NCBI GenBank assembly: GCA_963822245.1
Contig: CAWGGR010000006.1
Span: 144,779-208,778 of the forward strand
Reading direction: 5' to 3'
Source of the DNA: an uncultured Solirubrobacteraceae bacterium
GTDB taxonomy: Bacteria > Actinomycetota > Thermoleophilia > Solirubrobacterales > Solirubrobacteraceae
Length of the DNA stretch: 64,000 nucleotides
This document shows positions 58,703-64,000 of this stretch, one piece after another. Below the pieces are notes generated by a model, which worked only from the letters and a program-made list of their open reading frames with translations, was not told the origin of the DNA and did no database searches. Both the position numbers and the translations under genes were made by a program. How positions within the stretch are numbered: the first letter of the stretch is position 1; each line of letters opens with the position of its first letter.

Positions 58703-59275
58703 TCACGTTGCGGTGATGAAGCCGCCCATATAGCCGGCGTGCTCCATCGCCCAGCCGTTCGCGTTGCTGTCGCAGGGAATCACGCAGAACCACGAGAAGC
58801 GACCTTTTTCTTTGACGACCATCTCGTAGGTGTGAATTCCCGGTTTGACGATGATGTTCACGCCGATCTCCGGCGAGGTGATGCTGTGTTCCCCTTCGTC
58901 GGTGTTGTCGATCTTCAACTCGAGCGTCTGGCCGACTTTGACGTTGAATTCGGTCTTCGTGTAGTAGTCGTGTTTCTTCCCGTCCGGGCCGAGTCGGCCT
59001 TCCGGAATGACCTTCAGGCTGATCAGCTCCGGCGCCACCCTGCTCGGGGCGCCCGCGGCGGTCGAGCTCGTCGCCGGGGGCGCCGCGCCGCTCGTGATCG
59101 TGACCGTGTTGTGTTCGCTGCTGTTGTTCAGGGCGATGATCGACATCAGCAGCGCAGCGAAGACGCCGACGCCGGCGAGCACCTCGAGCACGACCTTGCC
59201 GTCCCTTGTGACCGTCTCATCGAAGTCCGCCTGGTCGCGGGCCTCCGTCTCCTCGTCTGGCTCTGGGACATGCAT
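58703..59275 (-). CDS. Membrane-anchored cupredoxin-domain protein
   Basis: TM helix, then GEHSI and WFCVIPC...MEHAGYM copper-ligand candidates. Confidence 0.8.
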   Translation of the reverse strand: MHVPEPDEETEARDQADFDETVTRDGKVVLEVLAGVGVFAALLMSIIALNNSSEHNTVTITSGAAPPATSSTAAGAPSRVAPELISLKVIPEGRLGPDGKKHDYYTKTEFNVKVGQTLELKIDNTDEGEHSITSPEIGVNIIVKPGIHTYEMVVKEKGRFSWFCVIPCDSNANGWAMEHAGYMGGFITAT

Positions 59276-59378
59276 CTCGTCACCCGCCTTTGTTTCGTCG
59301 TGCTGCGTTCTGTTGATGCTCGACAGTCAATCGCGCGGAGCCTCAGCGGCCATCCGCGCCGGCCCGCCGGACGGGTAG

Positions 59379-59391
59379 GTGTTTATCCGCA
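59379..59391 (+). promoter_or_regulatory. Shared 13-bp motif site 4 (GTGTTTATCCGCA)
   Basis: Between divergent cupredoxin and APC permease genes. Confidence 0.55.
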
Positions 59392-59449
59392 GCCCGGCCG
59401 CCGCCGCGAACCCGCTCGATGTGTCGATTCTCCATTACGCTCGCGTGCG

Positions 59450-60883
59450 ATGAGCGCGGGCGGCGGCAACGGAGATCACCTCAAGGCAGCGCAGCTCGAC
59501 ACGGCCGACGTGACCGCCTCGACGCTCGCCAACATCGGCCCGGGGATCGACTTCTACTTCGCCTTCGGCGTGATCGCCGTGACAGCCGGTGTCGCGGCGC
59601 CGTTGACGATCCTCGCCGCCGGCGTGGCGGTCGTATTCCTCGGCTTCACGGTTGCCGCATTCACGAGGGCGGAGCCCTCGGCCGGGAGCTTCATCACCTA
59701 CATCGAGACGTCGCTGGGAGCACGTGCGGGCGTCGCCACCGCGATACTCGTCGCGGTTGGCTTCACGGTCGCGATCGCCGGGGTGTTCACGATGGCCGGC
59801 GGTATGGTCACGCTGACCCTCGCCCATTACACGTCCTGGCACCTCGCGTGGGAGCCGTTGAGCCTGCTGCTCACCGTTGCGGCGATCTGGCTGACCGCGC
59901 GCGGCGTCAGGCTGTCCACGACGACGGTGGGCGTGGCGGTGTTCGCCCAGGTCGCGGTCATGCTCCTGGTCTGCGTCGTCGTCCTCGTCGACCAGCGGGG
60001 CCACCTCTCGAGCGCGCCGTTCTCCTGGTCGCACCTCAGCGGCGGGCTCGCCGGCCTGTCGGCCGGCTTTCCGCTGGCCCTGTACATGTTCATCGGATGG
60101 GAAAACGGCCCGGCGCTCGCCGAGGAGTCCCGCGATCCCAGGCGCACCGTTCCGCGAGCGCTGTTCATATCGATCGCGATCGGCACAGCGCTGTTTGTGC
60201 TGTTCGCATATGCGACGGTGACCGGCTTCGACTACGACGTCTCCTCGATCGGGCGCTCATCGGTCCCGTTCCTGGCTGTCGCCGACCGCTACCTGGGCGG
60301 ACTTGCCGTCCTGGCCTGGATCGCCGGAGTCGTCTCCGTGCTCGCCACGCTCGTCTCAGCGGCGAACTCCCAGGCGCGGATGCTGTTTGACGGCGGCCGC
60401 TCCGGGCTCCTGCCGTCACGCCTCGCCCACCTGCAGCCGGGACCGGACACCCCGGTCAACGCGTTGCTGGTGCTGGCCGGCGGCGGACTCGGGATCATCG
60501 CGGTCTGGTGGGTGCTGCACCTGACCGGCGTGGCGACGGGATCGACCGACCCGGTCGGCCTCTACGCCGAGTGCTCGACGATGGGCACGATCGTGATCCT
60601 GTTCGTCTACCTGCTGACGACGGTCGCGCTTCCCGTGTTCATGTGGCGGCGCAACCGCCGGTCCTTCTCCGCGCTGCGCCACATCGCGATCCCGCTGATC
60701 GGCGCCCTCACGCTCGTGATTCCGTTCATCGAGCTGTGCAGGCCCGGGCAGCCCTCGCCCTACGGCGAGTTCCCGTACGTCGCGCTCGCGATCGCGCTGG
60801 CGGCGGGCGCGATCGCCTGTCTCGTCGTCCACCGCCACCCGGCGACCGGCTCGGGCGAGGGCGCCGCGTTCGCCGAATCGTGA
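59450..60883 (+). CDS. APC family amino acid/polyamine permease
   Basis: ANIGPG, PSAGSFITY, FIGWENGPALAEESRDPRRTVPRA; ~12 TM segments. Confidence 0.92.
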   Translation: MSAGGGNGDHLKAAQLDTADVTASTLANIGPGIDFYFAFGVIAVTAGVAAPLTILAAGVAVVFLGFTVAAFTRAEPSAGSFITYIETSLGARAGVATAILVAVGFTVAIAGVFTMAGGMVTLTLAHYTSWHLAWEPLSLLLTVAAIWLTARGVRLSTTTVGVAVFAQVAVMLLVCVVVLVDQRGHLSSAPFSWSHLSGGLAGLSAGFPLALYMFIGWENGPALAEESRDPRRTVPRALFISIAIGTALFVLFAYATVTGFDYDVSSIGRSSVPFLAVADRYLGGLAVLAWIAGVVSVLATLVSAANSQARMLFDGGRSGLLPSRLAHLQPGPDTPVNALLVLAGGGLGIIAVWWVLHLTGVATGSTDPVGLYAECSTMGTIVILFVYLLTTVALPVFMWRRNRRSFSALRHIAIPLIGALTLVIPFIELCRPGQPSPYGEFPYVALAIALAAGAIACLVVHRHPATGSGEGAAFAES

Positions 60884-60958
60884 GGAGGGCCGGGAAGGCG
60901 TCGCGAGCGGTCCGAGCGGGGTCTCGAGCTGTCCGTCGCGACGTGGGGGGGTCTCTGC

Positions 60959-61813
60959 TCAGACCCCGGCAGCGGCATGCCGCTCGCTTGATTGCTCCTC
61001 GGCGCCGGCGGTGTCGGCGACATCACCGCGCGGAAGGACCAGCAGCGAGCAGCGGGCGTGGCGCTCGAGGTAGCGCGATGTGCTGCTGCTCAACATGCGC
61101 TGGAGCGGGCCGTAGCCCCGTGAGCCGACGATGAGAAGGTCGAGCTCGTCACCGAACCTGGCGAGCTCTTCGCCGGCGAGACCGTAGACGGCGCGACCGT
61201 CGATGTCGGCGAGTGCGGCCATGCGGACACCGGCTTCCTTGACCATCTCCTCGATGAAGTCTCCGACCGGTACGACCATGCCGCCGAATGAGACCGGCGA
61301 GACGACTTCGAGAGCGTGGAGCTTCGCATCCGTCGATGCGGCCAGCCTGCGTGCTGCCGCCAGCGCCACCACGCTTTCGGGCGAGCCGTTGTAGGCGACG
61401 CCGACCTGGCTGATCGCGGGGTTGTGCTCCGCATAGCCGTGGGCGGCGATGGCCACCGCGCACGGTGCGCCGTTGAGAGCCGCGCGCGTGTCATCGCCGG
61501 CCATCGCTCGGCCGAAAATGCCGTGACGGCAGGACCCGACCACGATCAGATCGGCGCTCTGGCGCTCTGCCTGTTCGTGCAGCGCGCGCCCCGGGCTGAA
61601 CGAGACGACGCTGAGGAGCCCGGCGTCGCTGTCGGTGGCCGCGCGTTCGCGCTCGAGCATCTGCTGTGACTCGACGATGTCGCCGGCGATATCACCGGTG
61701 CGGGCAAAGGCGAGGGTCAGCTTCGCCTCGGCGTCGCAGAGCTGGCGGGCGAGCGCGATCGCGTCGCGGCCGGCCGGCCGGCCGTCAACTCCGACAAGCA
61801 CGTTCTTGAACAT
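60959..61813 (-). CDS. Universal stress protein (tandem USP domains), paralog of 57762-58658
   Basis: MFKNVLVGVDGRPAGRDAIALA, GDDTRAALNGAPCAVA, GSRGYGP. Confidence 0.93.
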   Translation of the reverse strand: MFKNVLVGVDGRPAGRDAIALARQLCDAEAKLTLAFARTGDIAGDIVESQQMLERERAATDSDAGLLSVVSFSPGRALHEQAERQSADLIVVGSCRHGIFGRAMAGDDTRAALNGAPCAVAIAAHGYAEHNPAISQVGVAYNGSPESVVALAAARRLAASTDAKLHALEVVSPVSFGGMVVPVGDFIEEMVKEAGVRMAALADIDGRAVYGLAGEELARFGDELDLLIVGSRGYGPLQRMLSSSTSRYLERHARCSLLVLPRGDVADTAGAEEQSSERHAAAGV

Positions 61814-61892
61814 CTTCGGGCTCCTTTGCGGGTTCGAGAGCACCGTAGGTCGCGACCGCGCGTCGATCATCCGGACACGTCACTGCAGCGGC

Positions 61893-61905
61893 TGCGGGTT
61901 TGTAC
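61893..61905. promoter_or_regulatory. Shared 13-bp motif site 5 (TGCGGGTTTGTAC)
   Basis: Between divergent USP and DUF294 genes. Confidence 0.55.
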
Positions 61906-61970
61906 TGAGCGCACGCCGCCCGCAGCCGTCGGCCGGGCTGGCGCCGTTCCGGGGGCCATACGATGGGCTT

Positions 61971-63863
61971 GTGCCCGCCGGATCGAACGAGGAGGCAGGC
62001 GCGTTCGGTGAGACGCGCTCGCCGGTTGACGTGGCCGGCTTTCTGCGCGCGCATCCGCCGTTCGACGCGCTTGAAGCGGTCGATGTCGAACGCGTCGCAG
62101 CGACGGCCGAGGTCGAGTTCTTCCTGGCCGGCTCGACCATCTTCTCGCAGAGCACAGAGCCCGTCGAGCATCTGCGCGTGGTGCGCAGCGGCGCCGTCGA
62201 GGTCCTCCTCGACGGCCGCGTCCTGGACCTGCTGGGGCCGGGTGAGCTGTTCGGCCACGCCTCGATGCTCTCGGGGCTGCCACCCGGCTTCACCGCGCGC
62301 GCACAGGAGGACACCCTCTGCTATCGCTTCCCCGAGTCGGTCGCGCGCTCGGTGCTCGCCCGGCCGGAGAGCGTCGGGTTCGTCGCGCGCTCGCTGCTGG
62401 CTATGAGCGCGGCGGAGCATGCGCGGCTCGCCGAGCACCTCGCAGTGGACCCCGCCGAGCAGCCGGTGGCGGCGCTGATACGCGGCGCGCCGGTGGTGTG
62501 CTCGCCGGAGACGACGATTCGCGACGCGGCCGTGCAGATGCGCGGCGCTCCGGCGAGCTCGATCGTGATCGATCTCGGCGACAGCCTCGGGATCGTCACC
62601 GACCGGGACCTGCGCTCGCGCGTGCTCGCGGAGGGCGTCTCCTACGATGCGCCGGTGTCGGCGGTGATGAGCGCTCCGGCATACACGGTCGCGCCGGAGC
62701 GCCTCGGCGGCGATGTCCTGCTGGAGATGCTCGACCGCGGCATCCGCCACTTCCCGGTCCTCACGGCTTCGCGCGAGGTTCTCGGTGTCGTGGAAGCGAC
62801 CGACCTGGTTGCGGTCGAGACGCTGTCCTCGTTCCATCTGCGCCGGGCGATCACGGCAGCCGGCGGCGTCGAGGAACTCGCGCGGGCGGCACGAGGGCTG
62901 CGCCCTGCCGTCATCGCTCTCCACCGTGCGCGTCTGGCCGCCGCGAGCGTCTCTGCGATCTACTCGGTCGTGGTGGACGCGCTGACGCGCCGGCTCGTTG
63001 AGCTGAGGCTCGCGCGGGCGGGGCAGCCGCCCGCTGAGTTCGCCTGGCTCGCGCTTGGCAGCCAGTCGCGGCGGGAGGCGGCACCCGGCTCTGACCTGGA
63101 CAGCGCGATCGTCTGGTACGGCGGGGTCGATGACGAGACGGCGCGCCCGTATCTGCATGCGCTCGCGAACGATGTCGCCGCGGGTCTCGAGGCGTGCGGG
63201 ATCAGGGTCGATGCGCACGGGGCAAGCGCGTCGAACGAGCTGTTCGTGCGTTCGCTCGAGTCCTGGCGGCGTGTCGCGGCCAGCTGGATCGAGCATCCCA
63301 CGCGTGAGCAGGCGCTGATGCTCGTGTCGGTGTTCGTCGACGGGCGCCCGGTGTGGGGCATCCACAGCGGGAATCCGCTGTCGGACACGTTCGCTGCTGC
63401 GCGGGCACGACCGGAGCTGCTGCACCTGCTCGCGCGGTTCGCGCTCTCTCACCGTCCACCCACGGGTTTCCTGCGGGGGCTCGTGCTCGAGCACGACGGT
63501 CAGCGCCGGGGGCGGCTGGACCTCAAGCACGGCGGGCTGCTGCCGATCGCCGACCTCGCCCGGTGGGCTGGGATGGCCGCCGGGGTGACGAGCGCCTCGA
63601 CGCTCCAGCGGCTGCGCGCGGCCGGCGACGCCGGGACGCTGCCGTCGGCGAGTGTCAGCACCCTCGAAGATGCCTTCGAGCTGTTCAGCGAGCTGCGCAT
63701 GGAGCATCAGGTTCGCCAGCTGCAGGCTGGGCGCGAGCCGGATGACCATCTCGATCCGAGCGACCTCAGCCGGCTGACGCGCGCCCATCTGAAGGAGGCA
63801 TTCCGGTCAGTCGCCGCGGTGCAGAAGCAGATCGCCGCGGAATTGAATCTGGGGGTGCGATGA
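61971..63863 (+). CDS. cNMP-binding + CBS + DUF294/DUF294_C putative nucleotidyltransferase
   Basis: HPPFD...VRSGAVE...GELFG (cNMP); GIVTDRDLR, IRHFPV (CBS); LGSQSRRE...SDLDSA (NTase); LDLKHGGLLPI. Confidence 0.92.
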   Translation: MPAGSNEEAGAFGETRSPVDVAGFLRAHPPFDALEAVDVERVAATAEVEFFLAGSTIFSQSTEPVEHLRVVRSGAVEVLLDGRVLDLLGPGELFGHASMLSGLPPGFTARAQEDTLCYRFPESVARSVLARPESVGFVARSLLAMSAAEHARLAEHLAVDPAEQPVAALIRGAPVVCSPETTIRDAAVQMRGAPASSIVIDLGDSLGIVTDRDLRSRVLAEGVSYDAPVSAVMSAPAYTVAPERLGGDVLLEMLDRGIRHFPVLTASREVLGVVEATDLVAVETLSSFHLRRAITAAGGVEELARAARGLRPAVIALHRARLAAASVSAIYSVVVDALTRRLVELRLARAGQPPAEFAWLALGSQSRREAAPGSDLDSAIVWYGGVDDETARPYLHALANDVAAGLEACGIRVDAHGASASNELFVRSLESWRRVAASWIEHPTREQALMLVSVFVDGRPVWGIHSGNPLSDTFAAARARPELLHLLARFALSHRPPTGFLRGLVLEHDGQRRGRLDLKHGGLLPIADLARWAGMAAGVTSASTLQRLRAAGDAGTLPSASVSTLEDAFELFSELRMEHQVRQLQAGREPDDHLDPSDLSRLTRAHLKEAFRSVAAVQKQIAAELNLGVR

Positions 63864-64000
63864 GGGGCCGCTTCTCGCGGCAGCCGGGCGCCGGCGCGTA
63901 CCGGCGCACCCCCCTGCCCGCCGGCCGGCTGCCGTGGCGTCAGGCACGCTACTGCGCTGTGGATCTCGAGCTCAGCGGTCTCGATCCTCGGCGGGACGAG
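63860..64000 (+). CDS. DEDDh 3'-5' exonuclease (DnaQ-like), partial
   Basis: Manual translation MRGRF...RYCAVDLELSGLDPRRDE (ExoI motif); ATGA overlap with the DUF294 gene. Confidence 0.82.
   Translation, partial: MRGRFSRQPGAGAYRRTPLPAGRLPWRQARYCAVDLELSGLDPRRDE

Overview
High-GC chromosomal window. Its gene families and C-terminal domain types suggest a Thermoleophilia/Solirubrobacterales-like actinobacterium (inference, not searched). The core backbone comprises pyrR-pyrB-pyrC with a PyrR-binding leader, rnz, tRNA-Arg(CCG), a SAM-riboswitch-controlled ThrC-like/MoaD-like pair, rel, recJ, secDF, ruvCAB, yebC, a phosphohexomutase and pdxST. Accessory blocks are: (i) an integrase-less ~5 kb island bounded by tRNA-Arg and a 41/44-nt copy of its 3' half; (ii) a surface-structure region with a SipW-type peptidase, a TasA-like substrate and a 14-repeat Ig adhesin operon; (iii) two secreted beta-propeller/Ig proteins; (iv) a probable copper-handling locus; (v) a 54-64 kb stress/PTM cluster (deacetylase, Pat-like GNAT, 3 USPs, orphan NarL-type regulator, cupredoxin, APC permease, cNMP-CBS-DUF294 nucleotidyltransferase, exonuclease), where five promoter regions share a 13-bp motif. 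The most unusual signal is synonymous: Glu is mostly GAA in extracytoplasmic protein segments and almost always GAG in cytoplasmic ones. The switch follows membrane topology inside single genes (secDF, cupredoxin). All counts are by hand. No CRISPR array, rRNA, transposase or integrase was seen.
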